A stretch of 64,000 bases of DNA from Chthoniobacteraceae bacterium (lineage in GTDB: Bacteria > Verrucomicrobiota > Verrucomicrobiia > Chthoniobacterales > Chthoniobacteraceae): positions 64,001-128,000 of the forward strand of contig JBEBGD010000001.1 of assembly GCA_040081625.1 (NCBI GenBank). The letters are read 5' to 3'. Position numbers and translations under genes: made by a program. Positions 55,771-64,000 of this stretch are shown piece after piece. Within the stretch, counting starts at the first letter, position 1. Each line of letters starts with the position of its first letter. The notes under the pieces are model-generated. The model had not been told where the DNA came from. It saw nothing but the letters and a program-made list of their open reading frames with translations, and made no database searches.

Positions 55771-58272
55771 CTACGGGGCAAAGTCGCGATGCTTTGGTTC
55801 GCCGCCGCTCTCGATGTAGGCAAGCAGATCGAGGATCTGATTTTGTGTGAGCACGTTGAGCAGCCCGCCAGGCATCGGTGAGATGGGCGAAGGCTCGCGA
55901 CTTCGCACGTCGGCCTTGTCGAGCTTCGTCACCTCCGGCGCGAGCGGGCTCAGGCGCACGACGATCGCATTTTCGTTCTCGTGCTCGATCGTGCCGACGA
56001 CCGTCGCGCCGCTCTTGAGCGTGAAGGCGACGCTGCGGAATTTGTCGTCGATGACTCGCGATGGATTGAGGATCGAGTCGAGAAGGTCGCGGCGGTTGAA
56101 GCGGCTGCTCACCGCGGTGAGATCGGGACCGACGAGGCTGCCGGTCAGGCCGATACGATGGCAGAGCACGCACTGCGCGCCGGCGAACGCCTGCTTGCCT
56201 GCGTCGAAGGAGCGTCCACGGCCGACGCGATCGAGTGCGGGCGCCAGGTCTTCGAGCTTCCAGTCGCGCACGAGCACCTGCGGGCCGCTCGAGATCGGCG
56301 CGGGGACTTGAGCAGCGGCGGCGAGGAGCGGCGCGACCGCCTCGTGCTCGGCGGGCGTGAGCCGTTCGAGCACCTCGGCGCGGATCATTTTCATCGAGCG
56401 CTGATAATCGCGCGCGCCTTCGAGCGTCTCGGCATGGTTGAGCGCGGCGAAGAACGCGCGGCGTTGATCGAGCGTCCAGCCATCGGGCACGAGGCGGAGG
56501 AAGAAGAGGTAGTGCAGCAGGTCCTCGCTGCGGGTGCTTTGCGTGAGAAGGGCGACGGTCTTGTCGCGGAAATTCGGCACCTTGAGATGGGCGAGCAGTT
56601 CGCAGAGCAGGTGCGTCACGCGCCAGCTCTTCGCGGGGTAGAGCGCATCGAGTCGCTGCGCGAGCGCGCTTGTGTCCGGCGGGGTGCCGAGCCGGACGAG
56701 GGCAAGCTGGTAGTCGCGCAGCGCGATGAGCTGCTGGTCTTCATCCAGCGAGGCGAAGTCGAGCGCGTTGAGTTTTGCAATCAGTGCTTCCCGCACATCG
56801 TCCGCGCCGGACCGGGCGAGCGCCATGAGCGCCGTGAGGGCGGTATGTGTATCCGGCTCCGCGAGCGCGCGGCCTTGCCACCCCCTAACGTCCTGCCACT
56901 CGAGTGCGACGCGCGCGGCGTGTCGGATCGCCGCGTCGGTGCTGCCGAGATGCTGCCAGATCTTCTCCACGGCACCGGGCGCGGCGTGGCCGTGCAGGGC
57001 TTCGAGCTGCCGCCGCAGCGCGCGAGCTTCGCGGTCGCTTCCCTCGGCGTCGAGCGCGCGATGCTTTTCAGCAGGGCGAGTGTAGCTCACGCGATACAGG
57101 CCCGATTGCGTGCGCCTGCCGCCGGTGATGAAATACATCGCGCCATCCGTCCCGAAGGCGAGGTCGGTGACATTGAGCGGCTTGCCGACGACGAAGTTTT
57201 CCGCCGTCCCGGTGTAGCTCGCGCCGCGTGGTTGGAGACGCACCGCGACGATCCTGCCGTAGGACCAATCGCAGATGAACAGCGCGCGCTTCCACTCCGT
57301 CGGGAAGTTGCTCCGCGTTCCGAATTCGATGCCCGTCGGCGAACCCAGGCCGATATTGACCGTCGTCGGTCCGCAGTCGGGGAAATACTCCGGCCACTTG
57401 CTCGTGCCGCGCCGCCAGCCGTAGTCGGCGCCGCTGAGCACGTGATTGACGCGGCAAGGCCGATACCACGGCGTGCCGGTATCCCACTCCATGTCCGCGT
57501 CGAAGGTGAACATCTCGCCGTCGTCGTTGAACGCCACGTCGAGCGGATTGCGGAAGCCGCCGGCAACGAGCGTCCACGATTTCCCGTCGCGATCACCGCG
57601 CAGGATGTGACCAGCGGGCAGCTTCACGTCGCCGTCGAACATCTGCGGATCCCACGGGCAGGGGATGATCCGGTCGTCCTGAAAATTGCGAAGCGGCGAA
57701 TCGGTCGCGGAGTTCGGTGGCGCGACGACGTTGTTGCCGTGGACGAGATAGAGCATCCCGTCGGGGCCGAGCTTCACGTGATTGCGCCCGTGCCCGACGC
57801 CGCCCCCGGTGCGCAGCAGTTCCGTCGTCTCGTCGAAGCGATCGTCGCCATCGGTGTCTCGCAGCCGCACGAGGACCTTGCTGTTGTTCGCGTTCACGTA
57901 GAGCGCGTCGTGCGCATAGAGCAGGCCGCGACATTCGAGCAGCGTGTCGTCGATCACTTCCACGCGCTCGACGCCCGCGCCGGGGCTGACCGTCATCCGG
58001 AGCAGCCCCTTCTTCTCCCGCGCGATTGTCAGCCGCCCTTTCGGATCGAACGCCATCGAGATCCACGAATCTTCATCCGGCGCCGCCGAGCGGATCAGTT
58101 CGACCTTGAATCCGGGCGGAGAGCTAATCGTCGCGGCATCGGTCGCGATGCCGGGAGTGAGCGCGAGCTTCCACGTGTTGTAGGCATCGGGCTTGCGCGT
58201 GACTTCGGTGAGCTGCGGTTGCGCGAGCGCCGTCGTCGCGAAGAGCAAAGAAGCGAGCGCGGCAGCGTTCAC
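55771..58272 (-). CDS. PVC-type heme-binding protein (propeller + HEAT-like + cytochrome c)
   Basis: DTDGD..FD, GFRNP, DADMEWD.G.PWYRP, CVLCH, GPDLT, SPMP.GLL. Confidence 0.88.
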   Translation of the reverse strand: MNAAALASLLFATTALAQPQLTEVTRKPDAYNTWKLALTPGIATDAATISSPPGFKVELIRSAAPDEDSWISMAFDPKGRLTIAREKKGLLRMTVSPGAGVERVEVIDDTLLECRGLLYAHDALYVNANNSKVLVRLRDTDGDDRFDETTELLRTGGGVGHGRNHVKLGPDGMLYLVHGNNVVAPPNSATDSPLRNFQDDRIIPCPWDPQMFDGDVKLPAGHILRGDRDGKSWTLVAGGFRNPLDVAFNDDGEMFTFDADMEWDTGTPWYRPCRVNHVLSGADYGWRRGTSKWPEYFPDCGPTTVNIGLGSPTGIEFGTRSNFPTEWKRALFICDWSYGRIVAVRLQPRGASYTGTAENFVVGKPLNVTDLAFGTDGAMYFITGGRRTQSGLYRVSYTRPAEKHRALDAEGSDREARALRRQLEALHGHAAPGAVEKIWQHLGSTDAAIRHAARVALEWQDVRGWQGRALAEPDTHTALTALMALARSGADDVREALIAKLNALDFASLDEDQQLIALRDYQLALVRLGTPPDTSALAQRLDALYPAKSWRVTHLLCELLAHLKVPNFRDKTVALLTQSTRSEDLLHYLFFLRLVPDGWTLDQRRAFFAALNHAETLEGARDYQRSMKMIRAEVLERLTPAEHEAVAPLLAAAAQVPAPISSGPQVLVRDWKLEDLAPALDRVGRGRSFDAGKQAFAGAQCVLCHRIGLTGSLVGPDLTAVSSRFNRRDLLDSILNPSRVIDDKFRSVAFTLKSGATVVGTIEHENENAIVVRLSPLAPEVTKLDKADVRSREPSPISPMPGGLLNVLTQNQILDLLAYIESGGEPKHRDFAP

Positions 58273-58281
58273 GGCGGGCGC

Positions 58282-59664
58282 TCAGCGTTTCCTCTTGCGA
58301 GGCGCGGTCTTGTCGCGCGGCGTGCGTGAGCGCAGGCGGAAGAAGATCGGCAGCCCGGTGAACGGCTCGATGGTTCGCACGCTGGCTTCCAGATACCGCC
58401 GGTAGCTCTCCTCGAGCAGCCGTCCGTCGTTGCAGAAGATCACGATCTCGGGCGCGGGCACCGCGATTCTCTCCGGCGGCTTCGCGTGCGTGGCGTAGAG
58501 GATCTTGAACCGGCGCCCGCGCTGTGAGGCCGGGGGATGCGAGTCCGTTGCCTGTTGCAGGGCGCGGTTGAGCGGGCCGGTGTCGAGATGCCGCCGCGAG
58601 GCGGCCCGGACCTTTTCGAACGTCCGAAAGAGGCGCGTGATCTCGACGCTATCCTTCGCGCAGCACAGAATCACCGGCGCGAATTTCAGCGCGAAGAGGT
58701 TCGCGTCGAGGTCGGAGAGGAACTCCTTGAGCTTGTCCTTCCCGCGGGTTTTCTCCTCGACGAGATCCCACTTGTTCGCCGCGACGACGCATGGCTTGCC
58801 GGCTTTCTGGATCATCCCGGCGATCGTCTTGTCCATCGAGGTGATGCCGGCTTCCGAGTCGATGACCAGGCAGCACAGGTCTGCGCGCTCGATGCTGTCC
58901 TGCGCGCGCATGACGCTGAAGACTTCGACCGAGGAGGAGACCTTCGAGCGATGGCGGATGCCGGCGGTGTCGATGAGGACGTAGCTCTTGCCTTCGCGCT
59001 CGTAAGGGATGTCCACAGCGTCGCGCGTGGTGCCGGCGATGGAGGAAACGAGCGTGCGTTCATCGCGCAGGATCGCGTTGGTGAGTGTGCTCTTGCCCAC
59101 GTTGGGGCGGCCGACGATGACGATCTTGACCGGTGCGGCGACTTCCCCCTCCGCTGCCTCCGGCGGCGCGGGAAGGCGGGCCTCGATCGAGCGGACGAGT
59201 TCACCCGTTCCGCGGTCGTGCTCGGCGCTGATCGGGATCGAGGTTTCGAAATTGAGCTTCGCGAACTCGGCGGTGTTATCCAGGTGCCTGGATTCATCGA
59301 TCTTGTTGATGACGAGCAGCAGCGGCTTTCCGCCCTTCCGCAGCTTGCGCGCGAGTTCCTCGTCCACCGGCGTGACTCCGTCCTGTCCATCGACGACGAA
59401 GAGCAGCACGTCGGCCGCCTCGATGGCGATATCGACTTCGGCGTGGACCTGCGCCGTGAAATCGAGATCCACATTCCCCCCGATGCCGCCGGTATCGATG
59501 ATCGTGAACGGCGCATTGCCGAGTTTACACACACCGTTGATGCGGTCGCGGGTGACGCCCGGCTGATCGTGGACGATCGCAATTTTCCGGCGGGCGAGCC
59601 GGTTGAAGAGCGCGCTCTTTCCGACGTTGGGGCGGCCGACGATGGCGACGGTGCGTTCAGGCAT
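58282..59664 (-). CDS. der: Ribosome biogenesis GTPase Der (EngA)
   Basis: Two GRPNVGKS G-domains, DTGG/DTAG, NKID/NKWD, KH-like C-terminus. Confidence 0.96.
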   Translation of the reverse strand: MPERTVAIVGRPNVGKSALFNRLARRKIAIVHDQPGVTRDRINGVCKLGNAPFTIIDTGGIGGNVDLDFTAQVHAEVDIAIEAADVLLFVVDGQDGVTPVDEELARKLRKGGKPLLLVINKIDESRHLDNTAEFAKLNFETSIPISAEHDRGTGELVRSIEARLPAPPEAAEGEVAAPVKIVIVGRPNVGKSTLTNAILRDERTLVSSIAGTTRDAVDIPYEREGKSYVLIDTAGIRHRSKVSSSVEVFSVMRAQDSIERADLCCLVIDSEAGITSMDKTIAGMIQKAGKPCVVAANKWDLVEEKTRGKDKLKEFLSDLDANLFALKFAPVILCCAKDSVEITRLFRTFEKVRAASRRHLDTGPLNRALQQATDSHPPASQRGRRFKILYATHAKPPERIAVPAPEIVIFCNDGRLLEESYRRYLEASVRTIEPFTGLPIFFRLRSRTPRDKTAPRKRKR

Positions 59665-59670
59665 TTGCGA

Positions 59671-60309
59671 TTAGGAAGGGTTCGGTGGTTTGGGTTCGCC
59701 GTGGCCGCTCGCGTGGAGCTGCCGGATGCCGTCGAGGACGTAGCCGACCGCCGAGATCACGGTGAAAAGGCCCGCCAGATACACCGGCACGTCGAGGAAC
59801 TCCAATGAACGATGCCAGTTTCCGATCCGCGCCTCGAACAACTCGGCGTTCCATTGCAGCATCACCAGCGAGAGCGCGACCATCGTCAGCGCTGTTGCGG
59901 TCTTCCCCGGCCAGCTCGGCCGCACCCGGATTTCGCCGGTGAGAATGTGCAGCACGAGCGCGCCGGCGATCACGAGCACGTCGCGCGCGATCACGACCAC
60001 CGGGAACCACAGCGGCAGCTCGTAGTTCCAGTTGCTCACGCTCAGCGTGATGATCGCGGCGAGCATGAGCCCCTTGTCGGCGATCGGGTCCAGGATCGCG
60101 CCGAGTTGCGTGCGCTGCCCGCGATGGCGCGCGAGCCAGCCGTCCACGCCGTCGCTGATCGCGGCCACGATGAAGATTGCGATGGTCACATAGCGCTGCC
60201 ACTCCTGTGGGTCGCCTTTGCTCACCCCGCGGCCATAATACACCGCCGTCATCACGAAGAATGGGATGAGGAAGATGCGACCGAAGGTGATCTTGTTGGC
60301 GGTGGTCAT
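59671..60309 (-). CDS. pgsA: CDP-alcohol phosphatidyltransferase (PgsA-like)
   Basis: DGVDGWLAR..GQ.T.LGA.LDPIADK motif. Confidence 0.85.
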   Translation of the reverse strand: MTTANKITFGRIFLIPFFVMTAVYYGRGVSKGDPQEWQRYVTIAIFIVAAISDGVDGWLARHRGQRTQLGAILDPIADKGLMLAAIITLSVSNWNYELPLWFPVVVIARDVLVIAGALVLHILTGEIRVRPSWPGKTATALTMVALSLVMLQWNAELFEARIGNWHRSLEFLDVPVYLAGLFTVISAVGYVLDGIRQLHASGHGEPKPPNPS

Positions 60310-60382
60310 CGTTTGGAGCGCGTCTTCCTACGGGCAATTGTGGCTGGAAAGCAACCCGCCGCCGCCGCATCAATGCGCGCCC

Positions 60383-62227
60383 ATGCCGCCGCCCACTTCA
60401 CCGCTTCGCTCTCCTGCTGCCTCGATCGAATGGCGCAAGAACGACTTCACGGCCTACGCGGTCGGCCACGACGAGCAAGGCGTGATGCTGCGCGGCGAAG
60501 CCCCGCACCTGCTGCCGGGCTTCATCGTCGATTTCGTGAACTCGTGCGATGACTTCGCGCCCATCGAGCGCCACATCGCGCGGTATGCGGAGCGGCACGC
60601 GTGGGGGTCGCTCGAAGCCGACGCGCTCCGCTCGTGGCTGCCGCGTGTGACCGACTCGCGCCTGATGGTCTCCGCCACAGATGTGCTCGCCGCGTGCGCG
60701 CGTCACACCGCGCCGCCGCCGCCGCCGATCGCGACGATCGGCTTTCCGACGGGTGGCGATCGTGTCGATCTGGTCGGCCGCGCGCTCGCGAGCTTCGCGG
60801 GCAATGCGCGGACCTACGACCGGCGCGTCGAGTTTCTCGTCGCCGACAGCTCCGCGGCACCGGCGCAGCGCGCGGCGTTTCGCGAGGCGGGGAGCGGTTG
60901 GGCGAAGATGCACGACGTGCGCGTGCGCTACGCCGGCGACGAGGAGAAGCGCCGGCTCTCCGCGGAGTTGGTGCTCCGTGGCATCGCGCCGGACGCGGTC
61001 GAATTCGCGCTCTTCGATCCGCTTGCCATCGGCTTCGCGTGCGGCGCGAATCGCAACGCGCTACTGCTCCACGAGGCGGGCCGGATGTTTTGCAGCATCG
61101 ACGATGACGTGGTTTGCGAACTCGCCGCCGCGCCGCCGGTCGATGCGCGGCTGAAACTGTTTTCCTCGTGCGATCCGTTCACCCGCTGGCTCTTCGGCGA
61201 CCGCGCCGCCGCGCTCGCGCACGCCGGCACGGTCGAGGCGGATTTTCTCGGCTCGCACGAGGCGCTGCTCGGGCGCGGACTCGCGGAACTGGGCGCAGGC
61301 GTGGAAGTCGGGAGTCTGGACGTGTCGCAAGTGGGCGACGATTTCCTGCGGCGCCTGTGGGTCGCGCAAGGTCGCGTGCGCGCGAGCTTCAGCGGACACG
61401 CCGGCGATCCGGGCGTGCCGACCTCGATCTACTACCTCTACTACGAGGGCGAAAACCGCCGGCGCTTCACGGAGAGCGAGGCAGCGTATCGCGCCGCGCT
61501 CGCCAGCAGGAGTGTCTTCGCGCTCGCGCCGTGCGCCGCAGTCGGCGACTCGAGCACAAGTCCCGGCATGGCGATGGGGCTCGATCACCGCGAACTGCTC
61601 CCGCCGTTTTTCCCGGTGCTGCACGCCGAGGACTTCACCTACGGTGCGACGCTCTGGCAGACGGTGGGCGATGCCTTCCTCGCGCACGCGCCGCTCGCCG
61701 TGCGGCACGATCCGCGACCGGGCAAGACCATCCTCCAGCCGCGCGACCTCGGGCCGGAGCGGCGCGCGGTGGTCTTCGAGTTCTCGCATCTCATCCGGCG
61801 GATCATCCTGCGCTTCCAGCGCCACGAGAGCGCCGCGCCTGCGGAGCGCATGCGCCAACTCGGGCGCCATCTCGCCTCACTCGCCGCACAGCCGCCGGCA
61901 GACTTCGTCGAATGCATCCGCGGACAATTGCTCGAGCACGAGAGCGCGAAGCTCGACCGCCTCGAGGAGGAACTGCGCGAGGACACCACGACCCGCGACT
62001 GGTGGCGGGACGATCTCGAAGTCCACCTCGCGCACGTGCGCGACGCGCTCACGCACGACGATTTCGACATCCCCTTCGACATGAAGTGTGATCGCTCCGA
62101 CGCGGAGAATCGCGTGCTCATGCAGGAGCTTTTTGCGCGTTTCGGCCTGCTGCTCGAAGCGTGGCCGGACTTGGTCAGCGCCGCGCGGGAGATCAACGCG
62201 ACGCTCGACTGGATGCCGGCGCTTTAG
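60383..62227 (+). CDS. Hypothetical protein with a GT-A glycosyltransferase-like core
   Basis: IGFPT..R, VADSS, GANRNALLL, SIDDD (DxD) and PPFFPV.HAED motifs; ~100-aa N-terminal extension; no signal peptide. Confidence 0.65.
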   Translation: MPPPTSPLRSPAASIEWRKNDFTAYAVGHDEQGVMLRGEAPHLLPGFIVDFVNSCDDFAPIERHIARYAERHAWGSLEADALRSWLPRVTDSRLMVSATDVLAACARHTAPPPPPIATIGFPTGGDRVDLVGRALASFAGNARTYDRRVEFLVADSSAAPAQRAAFREAGSGWAKMHDVRVRYAGDEEKRRLSAELVLRGIAPDAVEFALFDPLAIGFACGANRNALLLHEAGRMFCSIDDDVVCELAAAPPVDARLKLFSSCDPFTRWLFGDRAAALAHAGTVEADFLGSHEALLGRGLAELGAGVEVGSLDVSQVGDDFLRRLWVAQGRVRASFSGHAGDPGVPTSIYYLYYEGENRRRFTESEAAYRAALASRSVFALAPCAAVGDSSTSPGMAMGLDHRELLPPFFPVLHAEDFTYGATLWQTVGDAFLAHAPLAVRHDPRPGKTILQPRDLGPERRAVVFEFSHLIRRIILRFQRHESAAPAERMRQLGRHLASLAAQPPADFVECIRGQLLEHESAKLDRLEEELREDTTTRDWWRDDLEVHLAHVRDALTHDDFDIPFDMKCDRSDAENRVLMQELFARFGLLLEAWPDLVSAAREINATLDWMPAL

Positions 62228-62994
62228 CCGCCAAACAATCGCTCGAAATTCTCCGCGACGATTCTCTCGAGCTGCTCAGCCGGGAGTCCGCGCAGGTCTC
62301 CGAGCGTCGCGTAAGCTAGGTCGATATTTCCCGGGTGATTCAGCCCACCCGGTAGTGATCGCGGGTTTCGATCCTCGGGCGGAGAGAGGTCGGGCGCGTC
62401 GGTTTCGATGAGCACGCGATCGATCGGCAGATGCCGGAAGACATCGCGCTGCGCTGCCTTTCGGTCGTGCAGGAAGTGGGTGCTGAAACTGAAATACGCG
62501 CCGCGTTCGACGAAGCCGGCGACCATCTCCGCCGGGCCGCCATACGCGTGGAGCAGGAAACCGGCGGGCAGGTCGCGCTCGCGCAGCACTTCCCACAGCG
62601 CGCCCCACGCGCGGATGCAGTGGATGGTCGCGGGGCGGCGCAGCTCGGCGGCAAGATCGAGCTGCGCGATGAAGATGGGCGTCTGCACGGCGAGGTCGTG
62701 GCCTTCGACCCAGCGGTCGAGGCCGATCTCGCCGATGGCGGCGCGCGGGTCGGCTACGAGGATCTCGCGCAGGGTGTCGGGCCAGCGGTCGGTGCGGTCG
62801 CGCACATGCCACGGATGCAGGCCGTAGCTTGGCTTGCCGAAGCCGAGCGCCGTGACCGCGTCCCAGTCGCTCTCGCGCGTTCCGTTGACCACCGCCGACG
62901 AAACACCGATGCGCTTCAGCTCCGCGAAGATCTCTGCGCGATGCGGCGCGAGCCGCGCGTCGTGGAGGTGATTGTGCGCGTCGAGGTAGTTCAC
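62224..62994 (-). CDS. TatD family hydrolase (second paralog)
   Basis: DAHNH, GLHPW, GEIGLD, IHC, LHAY.G, ETDAPD. GTG start overlaps the sufE stop. Confidence 0.9.
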   Translation of the reverse strand: MNYLDAHNHLHDARLAPHRAEIFAELKRIGVSSAVVNGTRESDWDAVTALGFGKPSYGLHPWHVRDRTDRWPDTLREILVADPRAAIGEIGLDRWVEGHDLAVQTPIFIAQLDLAAELRRPATIHCIRAWGALWEVLRERDLPAGFLLHAYGGPAEMVAGFVERGAYFSFSTHFLHDRKAAQRDVFRHLPIDRVLIETDAPDLSPPEDRNPRSLPGGLNHPGNIDLAYATLGDLRGLPAEQLERIVAENFERLFGG

Positions 62995-63401
62995 GCGTGA
63001 GCCTCGGCGAAGCTGCGGATGCTCGCGCGGATGCTCGCCATGCCGTGGAGCCGGGTGGGGGAGAGCATCCGATCGAGCCCGAGCACAGCGATTAACTCCG
63101 GTTCGACGGCGATGGCGTCGGCGGGCGTCGCGCCGTCGTAGAGTTCGCAGAGCAGCGCTGCGAGGCCCTTCACGAGATGCGAGTCGGCATCCATGCGAAA
63201 GCGGCACGCGCCATCGATCAGCTCGCCGGCGAGCCACACGCGCGAGCTGCAGCCCGGAACGAGCGCCGCGTCGGTGCGCTCGGAGTCAGCCGGCGCGGGC
63301 CACTTCTTTCCGCGCGCGGTGATCGCCGCGAGGCGCTCGTGCGCATCCTCGATCAAGAGAAGGCGCGCGATCAGCGCGGCCTGCTTTTCGAGGAGCGACA
63401 T
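62991..63401 (-). CDS. sufE: SufE family Fe-S cluster sulfur-transfer protein
   Basis: V.GCSSRVW, DADS.LVKGL, LSPTR..G. Confidence 0.9.
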   Translation of the reverse strand: MSLLEKQAALIARLLLIEDAHERLAAITARGKKWPAPADSERTDAALVPGCSSRVWLAGELIDGACRFRMDADSHLVKGLAALLCELYDGATPADAIAVEPELIAVLGLDRMLSPTRLHGMASIRASIRSFAEAHA

Positions 63402-63403
63402 CG

Positions 63404-63946
63404 CTACCGGCGGACGAGTTCGAGAGCGCGCGCGGCGATGCCCTCGACGTTCCAAAGCCTGCCGAGTCCCTCGTAGCCGCAAGCGAGCAAACCGTCCTCC
63501 GGCCCGATGAACTCCGCGCCGCGCACCCTGAGGGTCGCGACGTTCTGCTGTGTCGCGGCGTGCTGCCACATCTTGCCGTTCATCGCCGGCGCGATCAGCA
63601 CGGGCGCGAGCGTGGCGAGCGCGATCTCGCTGACGGCATTGCCGGCGAGGCCGCACGCCAGCTCGGCGATGACGTGCGCCGTCGCAGGTGCGACGAGCAG
63701 CAGGTTCGCGCGATCCGCGAGGTCGATGTGGCCGGGCTTCCAGCCGCGCTCGCTGTCGAAGACCTCGGTCGTGACGGGATTGCGCGAGAGGGTTTGAAGC
63801 GTGAGCGGCGTGATGAATTGCTGCGCGCCATGCGTCATGACGACGTGAACTTCCGCGCCGCCCTTCACGAGCTTGCTGACCAGATCGGCGGCCTTGTAAG
63901 CGGCGATCGAACCCGTGACGCCGACGATGATCACCGGCGCGCTCAT
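63404..63946 (-). CDS. coaC: Phosphopantothenoylcysteine decarboxylase (stand-alone CoaC flavoprotein)
   Basis: GVTGSIAAYK, HI.LAD, APAT, PAMN..MW, LACG..G.GRL; no CoaB domain. Confidence 0.88.
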   Translation of the reverse strand: MSAPVIIVGVTGSIAAYKAADLVSKLVKGGAEVHVVMTHGAQQFITPLTLQTLSRNPVTTEVFDSERGWKPGHIDLADRANLLLVAPATAHVIAELACGLAGNAVSEIALATLAPVLIAPAMNGKMWQHAATQQNVATLRVRGAEFIGPEDGLLACGYEGLGRLWNVEGIAARALELVRR

Positions 63947-64000
63947 TCGGACGAGAAGCTCATGCGATGGCTGCGCATCCGCTCGGCGAGCATAATCGCG
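63943..64000 (-). CDS. 3' end of an upstream gene, possibly guanylate kinase (partial)
   Basis: Manual translation ...AIMLAERMRSHRMSFSSE*, with the stop overlapping the coaC ATG. Resembles the Gmk C-terminal AI..AE helix, and gmk often neighbours coaBC. Confidence 0.45.
   Translation of the reverse strand, partial: AIMLAERMRSHRMSFSSE

Noticed and set aside
2469..58329. Many long alternative-frame or antisense ORFs (e.g. 2469-4577 -, 13818-16073 -, 14324-16627 +, 24949-27444 +, 44432-46657 +, 55981-58329 +)
   Set aside because: They are Arg/Ala/Gly-rich shadow ORFs expected at high GC, fully overlap well-supported genes and carry no family motifs. The only informative piece was the PLRLDYGIN segment in 10584-11894, which the micro-inversion explains.
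62827..62848. Small hairpin GCTTGGCTT-GCCG-AAGCCGAGC inside the second tatD, tested as another micro-inversion
   Set aside because: Flipping the loop does not give a better TatD-like sequence, so there is no evidence of inversion.
1..64000. CRISPR arrays, tRNA/rRNA genes, IS elements, prophage genes
   Set aside because: No regularly spaced direct repeats, tRNA-like sequences, or transposase/integrase/phage motifs seen by eye, and intergenic gaps are nearly all under about 220 bp.

Overview
High-GC, gene-dense chromosomal segment with about 50 CDSs. The gene content points to the PVC superphylum, most likely Verrucomicrobiota (inference): PSCyt/DUF1549/DUF1553 next to DUF1501, PVC-type heme-binding dehydrogenases, DUF1080, several PQQ-like propellers, Tat-exported Gfo/Idh/MocA proteins and W-x3-DP-x-AA repeat proteins. 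Contents from left to right: a cfa-like/DUF1365/FAD-oxidoreductase lipid-modification operon; dusB-Uma2-iscA; tamB-tamA plus an alpha-solenoid protein; yihY-tatD; a large secreted sugar-dehydrogenase-like protein divergent from a Ser/Thr kinase with C-type lectin and LRR domains; a sialidase/Kelch/RraA/FAD-oxidoreductase cluster; three c-type cytochrome proteins; a Cys-motif-rich DUF1573-rhodanese-MauE-lipoprotein operon; der-pgsA; an orphan GT-A-like protein; and (gmk)-coaC-sufE-tatD. I saw no rRNA, tRNA, CRISPR array, integrase or transposase. The most striking sequence-level observation is a 27-bp in-frame micro-inversion (10740-10766) between perfect 10-bp inverted repeats inside the tamA/Omp85 gene. 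The conserved PLRLDYGIN strand is encoded on the wrong strand, and flipping the segment restores the canonical Omp85 C-terminus. Short palindromic and tandem repeats also occur at gene starts and inside coding linkers. All family calls come from motif recognition by eye; no database search was run.
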